DNA of 45,627 nt, from assembly GCA_045534435.1 (NCBI GenBank), contig JAZSJS010000087.1:1-45627 (forward strand). Direction: 5' to 3'. The stretch's first letter is position 1, and each line of letters starts with the position of its first letter. This DNA comes from Eubacteriales bacterium. Lineage in GTDB: Bacteria; Bacillota; Clostridia; Oscillospirales; CAG-272. A program made the position numbers and the translations under genes. Below are positions 32,835 through 43,023 of this stretch, piece after piece. The notes below the pieces were generated by a model. That model was not told the origin of the DNA, ran no database searches, and saw only the letters and a program-made list of their open reading frames with translations.

Positions 32835-35800
32835 TCCAGTCTTCTCCTTCCTTCTTGGAAATATCATTGACATCCAGCATCAGCACCTTGGAAATACCGT
32901 GCTCGGGCATGGTGACACCGTACAAACGGTCTGCCGCCGCCATGGTTCCGCGACGGTGGGTGATCATGATGAACTGGGTGCCGTCCGAATAACGCTTGAT
33001 GTACTGCGCCAGGCGCTCCACGTTGACCTCGTCCAGTGCAGCCTCGATCTCGTCGAGGATACAGAACGGTGTGGGATTGACCTGCAGAATCGCGAAGAAG
33101 AGTGCAACACCGATGAATGCCTGCTCTCCACCCGAAAGCTGCATCAAGCTCTTGATGATCTTTCCGGGAGGTGCCGCCTTGATCTCGATACCGCTTTCCA
33201 GCACGTTCTCGGGATCCGTCAGAGAAAGCTCCGCAGAGCCGCCTCCGAACAGCTCGGCAAACACCTTGCCGAAATTCTCGTTGATCTTGTTGAACGAATC
33301 GACGAAGGCCGTCTTCATTTCGACCTCCAGATCCGCGATGATGCCGTCCAGATCCTTTTTCGCCTTTTCCAGGTCGGTGATCTGTCCGTTCATATAGTCG
33401 TAGCGAACCTTCAGCTCCTCGTATTTGTTGACCGCGTCAAGGTCGACGTGACCGATCACACGAAGCTTGTTCTTGCACTCGGTCTGAAGTGCCATCATTT
33501 CGCTGCGGTTTTCCTTTGTCACGGGAGGATAGCCGAGTGCCGCCGCATCACTGCGCGTCAGCTCGTATTCATCCCAAAGCTTGGTAGCCAGCTTATCCTG
33601 CGTGTCGCGAAGGGCGGCAAGCTTGGATTCACACTTGGTAAATTCGCGGAATACCAGCTCCTTGTGGTTCATTCTGTCACGCAGCTTGGCGTTCAGATCG
33701 CTCAGCTTGCGCTCAAACTCAAAGTTATCCTTCTCGACCTCACCGCGCTTGGCATTGAGCAGATCGAGCTCGGCATTTGCAGCCGCATAGGCGGTACGGT
33801 TCGCCTCCATGGCGATGTTCGTCATGCGGATCTGCTCGTTTTGCGTGTTGATCCTGCCGGAGAAGACCATCAGCTCGCGGTTGAGATTTTCAATTCTCTC
33901 CTCCGCGGTGGCTTTGAGAGTGGTCTCGGTCTCGATATCCTTCTGCGTTTCGCTGATGCGGATATAGAGATCGGTCAACTGTCTGCCAACCTCATCCCGA
34001 CGCAGGATCACCTCGCCGCGCTCGTTGCTCTTTTCCTGACGGAACGCGGTGATCTCCTTGATTCTGTGAAGAATATTCTTCTCCTCGATGCCGAGGCTTT
34101 CGATGTCCTCCTCAAATCTCGCCGTGGACTCCTCATATTGACGCATATCGGTCTTCAGCTTTTCCAGGAGCGTGTTGTTCGCATCCAGCTTGGCGCGCAG
34201 CTGCTCGAGCTGTGCGTTTTCGGTGTTGCGAAGCACCGCGATCAGCTCGCGGCGATCCTCTGCGGCATACTTGCCGTCCTCAACGCTCTCCAGCGTCTTT
34301 TGCGCACGCTCAAGCGTTTCCTGCAGCTTTTTCACCGATGCCTCCAGCGTGGCAAGCTCGCCCTCCAGGCGCTTGATCTCGCCCGCGCGCGAGAGGATTC
34401 CGTTGCCTGTGCGCACCGAGCCTCCGGTGAAGGAGCCGCCCACGTTGATCTGCTGACCGTCCAGCGTCACCGCACGAACACGGTAATGCAGAGCCTTTGC
34501 CATCACGTTGGCGTGATCGATGGTATCAAACACCACGGTCTTGCCGAGCAAGGAGGAAAGCACGTCGGCAAAGCGTCTGTCGGTGGTGACGAGCGTGTCG
34601 GCAATTCCGATGAATCCGGGATAGCCCGCCGCCTCGGTCAGCTCCTTCGAGGGAGCAGACGGACGCATCGACGTCAACGGGAAGAAGGTTGCGCGTCCGG
34701 CCTCTCCCTTTTTCAGGGCGAACATCGCCGCCTTTGCGGTGGCTTCGTCCTCGACCACGATGTTTTGAAGATTTGCACCCAATGCAATCTCGATGGCGGT
34801 GATGAATTTATCCTCGACCGAGATCACCTTCGAAAGAGGACCGTAAATCGTACCGCAAGGCGCTCCGTGCGCGTCGGTGATTCTGCCCTCCTCATATGCC
34901 TTCATGACGTAACGCACCGCATTGGAGTAGCCCTCAAAATGCTCATCCATCGCCTTGAAGGTCGCGATACGCTGTGCGATCGAATCGCGGCGGAAGGTTT
35001 CTGCATTCAGTCTGCCGCTCGCGCTCTTCAATTCGCCGCTTGCCTTCTCCAGACGCTGCTCCGCCTCGGAGATCTCCGCGTCGATGCTTGCGATCTCGGC
35101 GTCGTAGCCTGCCACCGTGCGTTCCTTGGACTCGCACTGTGCGCCCAGCTCGCTCGAGATGCGCTGATATTCTGCCAGCTCGTTGAGTGCCGAGCTGTTT
35201 TTGTCTGTGTTGGTATTTTTCGCGTTTTCCAGAACCGAGATGCGAACCTTGACGTCCACCGCCTCGCCCTCAAGCGTGCGGATCTCCTCAAGCGCCTGTG
35301 CGATCTTGCCATCCAGCTCGCGCTCCTCGTCCTGCAAGCGCTTTTGCTCCTCGGTCAGCTCGTTCTGCTTGTCCGTCAAAGCGCTCTCCAGAGTCTGCAG
35401 CTCGCCGATCTTGGTGGCATGCGCGGTTGCGGTCTCGATCTCCGCCTGAAGCGATTTCTCGGTGCTGCTCACAGAGCCCTGCGTTGCGGCGATCAGATCC
35501 TTGGCATGTGCGATCGTATTCTCGGATACGCGGTATTCGCTCTCCAGGCGATGGCAAAGCTCGGTCTGCTCATGGATCTTGGTCAAAAGAACCTCGGACT
35601 CCATTTTGCTTCCCTGAGATGCCTCAAACAGCTTGGCATTTTGCGTCTCCAGCGATTGGATGGCATCCTCTGCCGCGTCCAGATCGTAAGTCGCGTGCTG
35701 CAATGCCTCCTCTGCCGCGGTCAGCTCAACGCGCAGCTTTTCTGTGTCGTAAAGCCAAAGGCTGACGTCAGCCTTTTTCTTGTTTTCCATCAGCTCGATC

Positions 35801-36501
35801 GCGCGCTTTGCCTTCTCGGCCTCCTTTTGCAAGGGTCCGATGCGCCCCGAAATCTCCAGGAAGATGTCGTTGACGCGCGCCATATTGTCCTCGGTATCCT
35901 TGAGTTTTCGCTCCGCCTCGTTCTTCTTGTAGCGGTATTTTGCAATTCCCGACGCATCTTCAAAGGTGCTGCGTCTTTCCTCACTCTTTCTCGATACCAT
36001 CTCGGCAATTCGTCCCTGTCCGATGATCGAATAGCCGTCGCGTCCGATACCGGTGTTCATAAAGAGCTCGTAAATATCCTTCAGACGCACACCCTTGCGG
36101 TTAATGAAATATTCACTGTCTCCCGAGCGGTAATAGCGACGGGTCACGGTGACCTCGTCGTAGGGACAGTCCAGCTTCGCAAATTCTCCGCGATTATCAA
36201 AGGTGACCGACACCTCGGCATAACCCATCGGGCGGCGGCTGTCCGCACCGCCGAAGATCACGTCCTCCATTTTCGATCCGCGCAGAGATTTGGATGAGAT
36301 CTCACCCAAAACCCAACGCATCGCGTCGGCAATATTGGATTTTCCCGAGCCGTTCGGACCCACGATGACCGTCACGCCCTGTGCCGAGCCCTCGGCAGAA
36401 TCCATTCCCATCACCTGTATGTCGGGATGATTCTCGAAAACGAGCTTGGTTTTGTCGGGAAAGGACTTAAAGCCCTGCATTTCCAACGATTTCAGATACA
36501 C
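32818..36501 (-). CDS. smc: Chromosome segregation protein SMC
   Basis: Probable GTG start at 36501 (RBS ggagga) giving VYLKSLEMQGFKSF. Walker A GPNGSGKSN, long coiled coils, hinge, C-terminal LSGGE signature and Walker B (FCILDEIEAALD). Confidence 0.95.
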   Translation of the reverse strand: MYLKSLEMQGFKSFPDKTKLVFENHPDIQVMGMDSAEGSAQGVTVIVGPNGSGKSNIADAMRWVLGEISSKSLRGSKMEDVIFGGADSRRPMGYAEVSVTFDNRGEFAKLDCPYDEVTVTRRYYRSGDSEYFINRKGVRLKDIYELFMNTGIGRDGYSIIGQGRIAEMVSRKSEERRSTFEDASGIAKYRYKKNEAERKLKDTEDNMARVNDIFLEISGRIGPLQKEAEKAKRAIELMENKKKADVSLWLYDTEKLRVELTAAEEALQHATYDLDAAEDAIQSLETQNAKLFEASQGSKMESEVLLTKIHEQTELCHRLESEYRVSENTIAHAKDLIAATQGSVSSTEKSLQAEIETATAHATKIGELQTLESALTDKQNELTEEQKRLQDEERELDGKIAQALEEIRTLEGEAVDVKVRISVLENAKNTNTDKNSSALNELAEYQRISSELGAQCESKERTVAGYDAEIASIDAEISEAEQRLEKASGELKSASGRLNAETFRRDSIAQRIATFKAMDEHFEGYSNAVRYVMKAYEEGRITDAHGAPCGTIYGPLSKVISVEDKFITAIEIALGANLQNIVVEDEATAKAAMFALKKGEAGRATFFPLTSMRPSAPSKELTEAAGYPGFIGIADTLVTTDRRFADVLSSLLGKTVVFDTIDHANVMAKALHYRVRAVTLDGQQINVGGSFTGGSVRTGNGILSRAGEIKRLEGELATLEASVKKLQETLERAQKTLESVEDGKYAAEDRRELIAVLRNTENAQLEQLRAKLDANNTLLEKLKTDMRQYEESTARFEEDIESLGIEEKNILHRIKEITAFRQEKSNERGEVILRRDEVGRQLTDLYIRISETQKDIETETTLKATAEERIENLNRELMVFSGRINTQNEQIRMTNIAMEANRTAYAAANAELDLLNAKRGEVEKDNFEFERKLSDLNAKLRDRMNHKELVFREFTKCESKLAALRDTQDKLATKLWDEYELTRSDAAALGYPPVTKENRSEMMALQTECKNKLRVIGHVDLDAVNKYEELKVRYDYMNGQITDLEKAKKDLDGIIADLEVEMKTAFVDSFNKINENFGKVFAELFGGGSAELSLTDPENVLESGIEIKAAPPGKIIKSLMQLSGGEQAFIGVALFFAILQVNPTPFCILDEIEAALDEVNVERLAQYIKRYSDGTQFIMITHRRGTMAAADRLYGVTMPEHGISKVLMLDVNDISKKEGEDWNGIFG

Positions 36502-37532
36502 GGTTGTTCCTCCTCTCGGCGAGCCTCCTGCCATGCTGCGGCAACGATCCCTCGCCCCTCTTTCTCACCGACGATTTTACGAATACGGGTGTCGGTCTCC
36601 CGCAACAGTCTTTTGATATTTGTCCTGTGCTGCCCCACGATCTTGGAGATCTCTTTTTGAGGCACGTACAGCACGATCTCTCTTCCGCGCAGATCCGTGC
36701 GGTCAAGAGCAGTCAGGATTTCCTGATAATAATATGCATTCCAGACCATCTCTCCGAGCGCCGGATGATTCGGTCCCGCCATCACGCTTGCCTCGGAGGT
36801 CAAGCCCTCCCCGGCGCAAAGACCGATCCGGATACAGGGAATGCCTGCCGATGAAAAGATCCGAAGAACCTTTTCCGAGCGACAAACGGCCTCCTCTGCG
36901 GAAAGCGGTGTATAGTCACCGTTTTTCACCATCTCACACAGCTCGGTATCCCAAAAGACCACGGTGGGATAGATCCTTGCCGCGTCCGCGCCGAGCGCGA
37001 CGATCTCTCGCGCCGTTGCCGCCTCACTCTCCGGTGTCGCATCGGGAAGGCCGATCATCATCTGCCCCACGAGCGAAAATCCGGCGCGCTTGATCGCAAC
37101 ACAAGCCTTGCGCGCATCATGGGAGGTATGTCCTCTTTTGGTCCTTTGCAGAACGGTGTCGTCCATGCTTTGCAATCCGAGCTCGATGACGCGCACCGAG
37201 TAATGCGAAAGAATCTCCAGGATCTCGTCGTTGATATAGTCCGGACGGGTGGAGAGGCGAATCGAAGCCACTGTTCCCGTGCGAACGTATCTCTCTGCCG
37301 TATCCAGCAGTCGGCACATCAGTCCACGGTCGATTCCCGTGAAGGATCCGCCAAAAAACGCGATCTCGGTCTCGGTGCCCGTCGGAATCGTCCGGAGCGC
37401 GCGGTCGATCTGTCGCGCAACGTCCTCCTCACAAAACTCCGAGCAGCCCGAAATCGAACGCTGATTGCAAAACACGCATTGGTTCGGACACCCAAGGTGT
37501 GGAATAAAAATCGGAATATTGCGATGCGCCAT
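36492..37532 (-). CDS. ELP3-like radical SAM protein
   Basis: The real start is ATG 37532 (MAHRNIPIFIPHLGCPNQCVFCNQ, a CxxxCxxC cluster). Starts 1 nt after the rnc stop and overlaps the smc start by 10 nt. The tracked N-terminal extension overlaps rnc. Confidence 0.8.
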   Translation of the reverse strand: MAHRNIPIFIPHLGCPNQCVFCNQRSISGCSEFCEEDVARQIDRALRTIPTGTETEIAFFGGSFTGIDRGLMCRLLDTAERYVRTGTVASIRLSTRPDYINDEILEILSHYSVRVIELGLQSMDDTVLQRTKRGHTSHDARKACVAIKRAGFSLVGQMMIGLPDATPESEAATAREIVALGADAARIYPTVVFWDTELCEMVKNGDYTPLSAEEAVCRSEKVLRIFSSAGIPCIRIGLCAGEGLTSEASVMAGPNHPALGEMVWNAYYYQEILTALDRTDLRGREIVLYVPQKEISKIVGQHRTNIKRLLRETDTRIRKIVGEKEGRGIVAAAWQEARREEEQPCI

Positions 37533-37533
37533 G

Positions 37534-38250
37534 TCAGCTCTCAATGCCGAACAGCATGAGTGCATCACGGGCGGCTGCCTGCTCCGCGCTCTTCTTGGAG
37601 TGTCCCTTGCCGCTGCCGATGCGGTTGGAATCGAGATAAACCTCCACCGCAAAGGTCTTGTCATGATCGGGACCGCTCTCTCCCACCTGTCGGTACTCGA
37701 GCTTTCCCTGATCCTTCTGCACAAATTCCTGCAATCTCGATTTGCAGTCGGCATGATAGCCTCCCGCATCGGGAAGATTCTTCACCGCTTCTGCGATGAA
37801 GGGTAACAGAAATTCCGCCACTTGAGCAATTCCCTGCATCGCACCCGCATCGAGATAGATCGCCGCAAGCGTTGCCTCAAAGGCATCCGCGATCACCGCG
37901 GGCTTGTCGGCACCTCCCGTATTCCGCTCGCCCTTTCCGAGAAGCAGAAATTCACCCAAACCGATCCGTCTCGCATAGGATGCCAGCGCCTCCTCGCAAA
38001 CGACGGCGGCACGCATCCGCGTCAGGTCTCCCTCGGGCAGGTTGGGAAAGGTTTGATAAAGATAATCACTCGTAATGATCGAAAGCACCGAATCACCCAA
38101 AAACTCAAGCCGCTCGTTACAAAGCAGATGATGATTGTGTGCCCCGGTTTCGTTGGCATACGACGAGTGTGTCATCGCCTGCTTCAAAAGCGCAGAATCC
38201 CGGAAGCGGTAACCGATGCGTTTTTGCAATTCTTCCAACGGCTGTGTCAT
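37534..38250 (-). CDS. rnc: Ribonuclease III
   Basis: Start at ATG 38250 (RBS aaaggag). ERLEFLGDSVL signature and a C-terminal dsRBD (GPDHDKTF..GSGKGHSKKSAEQAAA). Confidence 0.9.
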   Translation of the reverse strand: MTQPLEELQKRIGYRFRDSALLKQAMTHSSYANETGAHNHHLLCNERLEFLGDSVLSIITSDYLYQTFPNLPEGDLTRMRAAVVCEEALASYARRIGLGEFLLLGKGERNTGGADKPAVIADAFEATLAAIYLDAGAMQGIAQVAEFLLPFIAEAVKNLPDAGGYHADCKSRLQEFVQKDQGKLEYRQVGESGPDHDKTFAVEVYLDSNRIGSGKGHSKKSAEQAAARDALMLFGIES

Positions 38251-38283
38251 TTTTGCACTCCTTTCCAAAAAGTCAAACGGCAA

Positions 38284-39324
38284 TCAAAGCTCTGTCGCCT
38301 GCTTGGCTGCCTCGCGCTCGGCCTTTTTGCGTGCGGCAAACGCCTCGGTTGCCGCCTCCAGCTCTGCCATCGCACCCGATCCGGCAAATTCCACCGCCTG
38401 TCGAATGGCATTCTTGAATGCCTTGGCGTCGGAAGAGCCATGCGCCTTGATCACGGGCTTGGCAAGTCCGAGGATCGGCGCGCCGCCGTATTCGGAGGAA
38501 TCCAGCGTTTTTTTCATGGATCTCAGCTGCTTTTTGAGCATCAAATACGAAAGCTTCGTCGCGAGCGATGTCGTGAAGACCTCCTTGAGCATGCCCAGCA
38601 TCAGCTTGCCGACGCCTTCCACGCTCTTGAGCAGAATATTGCCCGTAAAGCCATCGGTCACCAGCACGTCGCAAGCACCGAACGGCAGAATGTTGCCCTC
38701 AATGTTTCCGACAAAATTGACGTCGGGATTGGCAGACAGGCGCTTGTAAGCCGCGCGCTGCAGATCGGTTCCCTTGCACTCCTCGGCACCGTTGTTGAGA
38801 AGTCCCACGCGAGGACGCTCGATGCCGTACATCTTGTGCATATATGCCGATCCCATCACGGCAAACTGCTCAAGGTTTTCCTCGGTCACCACCACGTTCG
38901 CTCCCGTATCCAGCAGCAAAAAGGGATTCTTTCCGGGAAGGACCGCACCGATGCCGGCACGCTGTACCCCCTTTGCTTTGCGCACGATCAGAGTCGCGGC
39001 GGTGAAAAGCGCGCCGGTGTTTCCCGTGCTGACGAAGGCGTCTCCCCGCCCCTCGGCGAGCAGCCTCAGTCCCGTCACCATCGAGGAGTCGGGCTTGCTG
39101 CGTGTCACCGTGATGGGATCGTCCTCCATACTGACGACGTCATTGGTGTGAACGATCTCAACACCCTGCAGATCGAAGCCGTTTTCCTTTGCGATCCGCT
39201 CAATGTCGTTCCGATCGCCGACCAAAACAAATTCCGCCTCCAGCTCTGCGGCGGCTTGGATAAATCCCTTTACGGTTTCCTCGGGAGCATTGTCGCCTCC
39301 CATAACGTCAACGATAATTTTCAT
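38284..39324 (-). CDS. plsX: Phosphate acyltransferase PlsX, with a short Ala/Glu/Lys-rich C-terminal tail
   Basis: MKIIVDVMGGDNAPEE.. N-terminus and a length typical of PlsX. Confidence 0.9.
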   Translation of the reverse strand: MKIIVDVMGGDNAPEETVKGFIQAAAELEAEFVLVGDRNDIERIAKENGFDLQGVEIVHTNDVVSMEDDPITVTRSKPDSSMVTGLRLLAEGRGDAFVSTGNTGALFTAATLIVRKAKGVQRAGIGAVLPGKNPFLLLDTGANVVVTEENLEQFAVMGSAYMHKMYGIERPRVGLLNNGAEECKGTDLQRAAYKRLSANPDVNFVGNIEGNILPFGACDVLVTDGFTGNILLKSVEGVGKLMLGMLKEVFTTSLATKLSYLMLKKQLRSMKKTLDSSEYGGAPILGLAKPVIKAHGSSDAKAFKNAIRQAVEFAGSGAMAELEAATEAFAARKKAEREAAKQATEL

Positions 39325-39345
39325 ATATGTCCTCCATGGAGAAGA

Positions 39346-40674
39346 TCAGATCTCTTCTTCACAAAACGGCTGCAAGCACTCGAGTGCGCGCGCCGCGATT
39401 TTCTCGTTTTTCGCGACCTTTCCGCCCTTGACACGGTAACCGAGCGGCGGAACCAAGCCGAAATTGGCATTCATCGGGGTAAAGGCTCCCACACCGCCGC
39501 GGCTGACGTAATTCGCCATCGCGCCCAGCATCGTTTCCTCGGGAAGGCAGAGTGCCTCACGCGCAAGTGCACGTCTTGCCGCATTCTTTCCGGCGAGCAA
39601 TCCGCTTCCCGCCGATTCAACGTAGCCCTCCACGCCGGTCATCTGTCCGGCAAAGAAGACGTCGGGGCGCTCGCGCATCGCATAGGTCGGAGAAAGCAGG
39701 TCGGGAGAATTGAGGTAGGTATTGCGGTGCATGACACCAAAACGCAGAAACTCGGCGTTCTCCAAGCCGGGAATCATGCGAAAAACACGCTTCTGCTCAC
39801 CAAAGGTCAGATGTGTCTGAAAGCCGACCAGATTGAACATCGTTCCCTCGCGGTTTTCCTTGCGTAGCTGCACCACGGCATACGCCTCCTTCCCCACGCG
39901 GGGATCGATCAAGCCCACCGGCTTCAGCGGACCGTAGCGCAGCGTATCGTATCCGCGTCTTGCCATGACCTCCACGGGCATACAGCCCTCAAAGACCTTG
40001 GGTGCGGATTGGCTCTTGCGGTCAAACTCCTTCAGCTCGGCCTCCTCCGCACTGATCAACGCCTTGTAAAACGCATCATACTGCTCCTCATTCATCGGGC
40101 AATTGATATAATCGGCATCGCCCTTGTCGTAACGCGAAGCAAAATAAGCAATATCCATATTGACCGTCGAAAAATCCACGATCGGTGTAGCCGCATCAAA
40201 GAAATGCAGGCTTCCGCATCCCAGCTGATTCGAGATATAGTCCGACATTGCCTCAGAGGTCAGAGGCCCCGTCGCGATGACCGTCACTCTCCCCTCCTCC
40301 ACGTGATCCATCTCGCGAGAGATCACCTCGATGTTGGGGCATGCCGCGATGCGATCGGTGATATATTGTGAAAACAGCACGCGGTCCACCGCCAAGGCAG
40401 ATCCTGCAGGCACGCGCGTCGCGTCTGCCGCTTCCATGATCAGCGAGCCCATGCGCCGCATTTCCTCCTTGAGAAGTCCGACTGCGTTGGAAACGCTGTC
40501 CGAGCGCAAGGAGTTCGAGCATACCAGCTCGGCAAACGCGGGGCTGTGGTGCGCGGGCGTGTATTTCTCGGGCTTCATTTCGAAAAGTCGAACCTGAACG
40601 CCCTCCCGCGCCGCCTGCCATGCCGCCTCGCAGCCGGCAAGCCCCGCTCCGTAAATATCAATCGTTGCAGACAT
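39346..40674 (-). CDS. trmFO: Methylenetetrahydrofolate--tRNA-(uracil-5-)-methyltransferase TrmFO
   Basis: IYGAGLAGCEAAWQ..TPAHHS..FAELVCSNSLRS N-terminus. Conserved topA-trmFO synteny. Confidence 0.9.
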   Translation of the reverse strand: MSATIDIYGAGLAGCEAAWQAAREGVQVRLFEMKPEKYTPAHHSPAFAELVCSNSLRSDSVSNAVGLLKEEMRRMGSLIMEAADATRVPAGSALAVDRVLFSQYITDRIAACPNIEVISREMDHVEEGRVTVIATGPLTSEAMSDYISNQLGCGSLHFFDAATPIVDFSTVNMDIAYFASRYDKGDADYINCPMNEEQYDAFYKALISAEEAELKEFDRKSQSAPKVFEGCMPVEVMARRGYDTLRYGPLKPVGLIDPRVGKEAYAVVQLRKENREGTMFNLVGFQTHLTFGEQKRVFRMIPGLENAEFLRFGVMHRNTYLNSPDLLSPTYAMRERPDVFFAGQMTGVEGYVESAGSGLLAGKNAARRALAREALCLPEETMLGAMANYVSRGGVGAFTPMNANFGLVPPLGYRVKGGKVAKNEKIAARALECLQPFCEEEI

Positions 40675-40680
40675 CGCGTC

Positions 40681-42990
40681 TCACTGCTCCTCTGCGGTCG
40701 GGGTAGCATCTTGATATTCGCGAGAATATCCGCATCCGTCCTCGTGACAGATCAAAAGATTCTTTCCCTTTTTGCGGAACAGCATCTTGCCGCAATTGGG
40801 GCAATTTTCTGCCACGGGCATATCCCAGGACGAGAAGTCACACTCGGGATATTTTTCGCAGCTGTAAAACACGGTATGATTGCGTCCGAATTTCGTGATG
40901 ACCTTTGCTCCGCATTTGGGACAGTCCACACCGGTCTCTCTGACGCGCGCCTTGGTAAAGCGACACTTGGGATACTGACTGCAAGCATAGAAGCTTCCGA
41001 ATTTTCCGGTGCGAAGCACCATGTCCGATCCGCACTTCTCACACTTGAAATCGGCAATCACCACAGGCTTCTTCTCCTCTGCCTCCTCGGATTCGCTCTC
41101 GTTTTCGGTTGCGGGAGCCGTCAGGGGCTTGGTGTTGCGGCAGGTGGGATAGTTGGGGCAAGCGGCAAATTTGCCGAAGCGTCCGTTGCGCACCACCATG
41201 CGGCTACCACACTTGTCGCAAATAATATCGGTCTCCTCGGGCGGAATCTCGATGGTGTTTTCTCCGATGGTCTTTTCCGCCTTCTCCAGCTGAACCGAGA
41301 AATCCTTCCAGAACGCGTCGAGGACGGCATTCATGGTGGCACTTCCTTCCTCGATCTTGTCGAGGTCATTCTCCATCTCGGCGGTGAAGCCGTAGTCCAC
41401 GATCGACGAGAAGTTTTCGAGCATCAGTCGGTTGGTCACCTCACCCAGAGGGGTCGGAACGAACGCCTTGCCCTCGAGCTTGACGTAATTGCGCGAGCGA
41501 ATGGTGGAAATGATGGCAACGTAGGTGCTCGGACGTCCGATGCCAAGATCCTTGAGCATCTGAACCAGCGACGCGTCGTTGTATCTGACGGGAGGCTCGG
41601 TGAAATGCTGCGTCAGGTTGGCATCATCCGCCTTCAGTGCCTGACCCTGAGAAAGCTCGGGCAGACGGATGTCCTTGACCTCGGTGAGATCGTCCGCGTT
41701 GCGGTTGGACTCCTCCTCACTCTGCTCATAGACCGCCATATAACCCGGGAAATGAACCGAATATCCGCTGGTACGGAAGATATATCCCGCACAACCGAAA
41801 TCGATCGTAATGGTATCGAGCACGGCAGACTCCATCTGGCTGGCGATGAAGCACTCCCAGATCAGCTTATAAAGCTTATACTGATCCGAGGTCAGCTGCT
41901 TGCGGATGCGCAGAGGCTCAAGCTCCACGCGAGAGGGACGGATCGCCTCGTGCGCGTCCTGCGCGCCTGCCTTCGTCTTGAACTGACGCGGCTGCTCGGG
42001 GCAATAATCGTCACCGTATTTTTGCTTGATAAATTCTCTTGCACTTTCCTGTGCATCGGCGGAAATGCGGACCGAATCGGTACGCATATAGGTGATCAAA
42101 CCCTGTACGCCGCCAAACTCGGAGCCAAGGTTGATTCCTTCGTAAAGCTCCTGCGCGACCTTCATAGTGCGCTGCGATTGGAAGCCCAGCTTGCGGAACG
42201 CCTCCTGCTGCAGAGTCGAGGTGATGAAGGGAGCGGCGGGCATCTTGTGTCTTTCTGCCTTCTTGACGGTTTCCACGACGTATTCACGTCCGTTGACCGC
42301 GTCGGCAACCGCACGCGCCTCGCTCTCGTTGTTCAGACGGATCTTGCCGTCCTTGTTTCCCCAGAAGCGAACGTTGAATTTCTTGCCTTCGGGATCGTAA
42401 AGCATCGTATCGATCGACCAATACTCCACGGGAACGAAGGAACGGATCTCCTCCTCACGCTCCACGATGATGCGCGTCGCGACCGACTGCACGCGACCGG
42501 CACTCAGTCCGCTCTTGACGTTCTTCCAAAGAAGAGGGCTGAGCTTGTAGCCAAGCACGCGGTCGAGAATGCGGCGTGTCTGCTGAGAGTTGACCAGATT
42601 CATGTCAATCTGACGGGGATTCTTGATCGCTGCCTTGACCGCGGATTTGGTGACCTCGTTGAAGCAGATTCTCTGCGTCTTTTCCAACGGGATTCCGAGT
42701 GCCACCGAAAGATGCCAGGCAATTGCCTCTCCCTCGCGGTCAGGGTCGGTTGCGAGAAAGATCTTGCTCGCAGCCTTTGCTTCCTTGCGAATATCCTTAA
42801 TGAGGTCGCCCTTGCCTCGAATATTGATATAGTGCGCCTCAAAATTGTTTTCAATGTCAACACCAAGCGAGCTCTTGGGGAGGTCTCTTACGTGACCGAA
42901 CGAAGCGATCACCTTGTAGTTGGTTCCGAGATAGCCCTTCACGGTCAATGCCTTGGAGGGAGACTCCATGATCACCAGATTATGTGCCAT
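40681..42990 (-). CDS. topA: DNA topoisomerase I with four C-terminal zinc-ribbon motifs
   Basis: TOPRIM N-terminus (LVIMESPSKA..ATDPDREGEAIAWH), active-site region (GLITYMRTDS), and four CxxC...CxxC ribbons. Confidence 0.95.
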   Translation of the reverse strand: MAHNLVIMESPSKALTVKGYLGTNYKVIASFGHVRDLPKSSLGVDIENNFEAHYINIRGKGDLIKDIRKEAKAASKIFLATDPDREGEAIAWHLSVALGIPLEKTQRICFNEVTKSAVKAAIKNPRQIDMNLVNSQQTRRILDRVLGYKLSPLLWKNVKSGLSAGRVQSVATRIIVEREEEIRSFVPVEYWSIDTMLYDPEGKKFNVRFWGNKDGKIRLNNESEARAVADAVNGREYVVETVKKAERHKMPAAPFITSTLQQEAFRKLGFQSQRTMKVAQELYEGINLGSEFGGVQGLITYMRTDSVRISADAQESAREFIKQKYGDDYCPEQPRQFKTKAGAQDAHEAIRPSRVELEPLRIRKQLTSDQYKLYKLIWECFIASQMESAVLDTITIDFGCAGYIFRTSGYSVHFPGYMAVYEQSEEESNRNADDLTEVKDIRLPELSQGQALKADDANLTQHFTEPPVRYNDASLVQMLKDLGIGRPSTYVAIISTIRSRNYVKLEGKAFVPTPLGEVTNRLMLENFSSIVDYGFTAEMENDLDKIEEGSATMNAVLDAFWKDFSVQLEKAEKTIGENTIEIPPEETDIICDKCGSRMVVRNGRFGKFAACPNYPTCRNTKPLTAPATENESESEEAEEKKPVVIADFKCEKCGSDMVLRTGKFGSFYACSQYPKCRFTKARVRETGVDCPKCGAKVITKFGRNHTVFYSCEKYPECDFSSWDMPVAENCPNCGKMLFRKKGKNLLICHEDGCGYSREYQDATPTAEEQ

Positions 42991-43023
42991 TTGCAGTTCC
43001 TTTCTTCTGTTGCGTTTGTTGCG

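Noticed and set aside
32776-36297. Very long plus-strand ORF (1173 aa) antisense to smc. Similar long antisense ORFs are 40546-43041, 37822-39867, 11557-13245, 3635-5029, 24657-25712, 25896-27281, 2592-3608, 18478-19404, 19714-20856 and 187-1560.
   Set aside because: - Each lies opposite a gene with clear family motifs.
- Their translations are low-complexity, Arg/Leu/Gly/His-rich, and carry no recognisable domains.
- This is typical of stop-codon-poor antisense frames in high-GC coding DNA.
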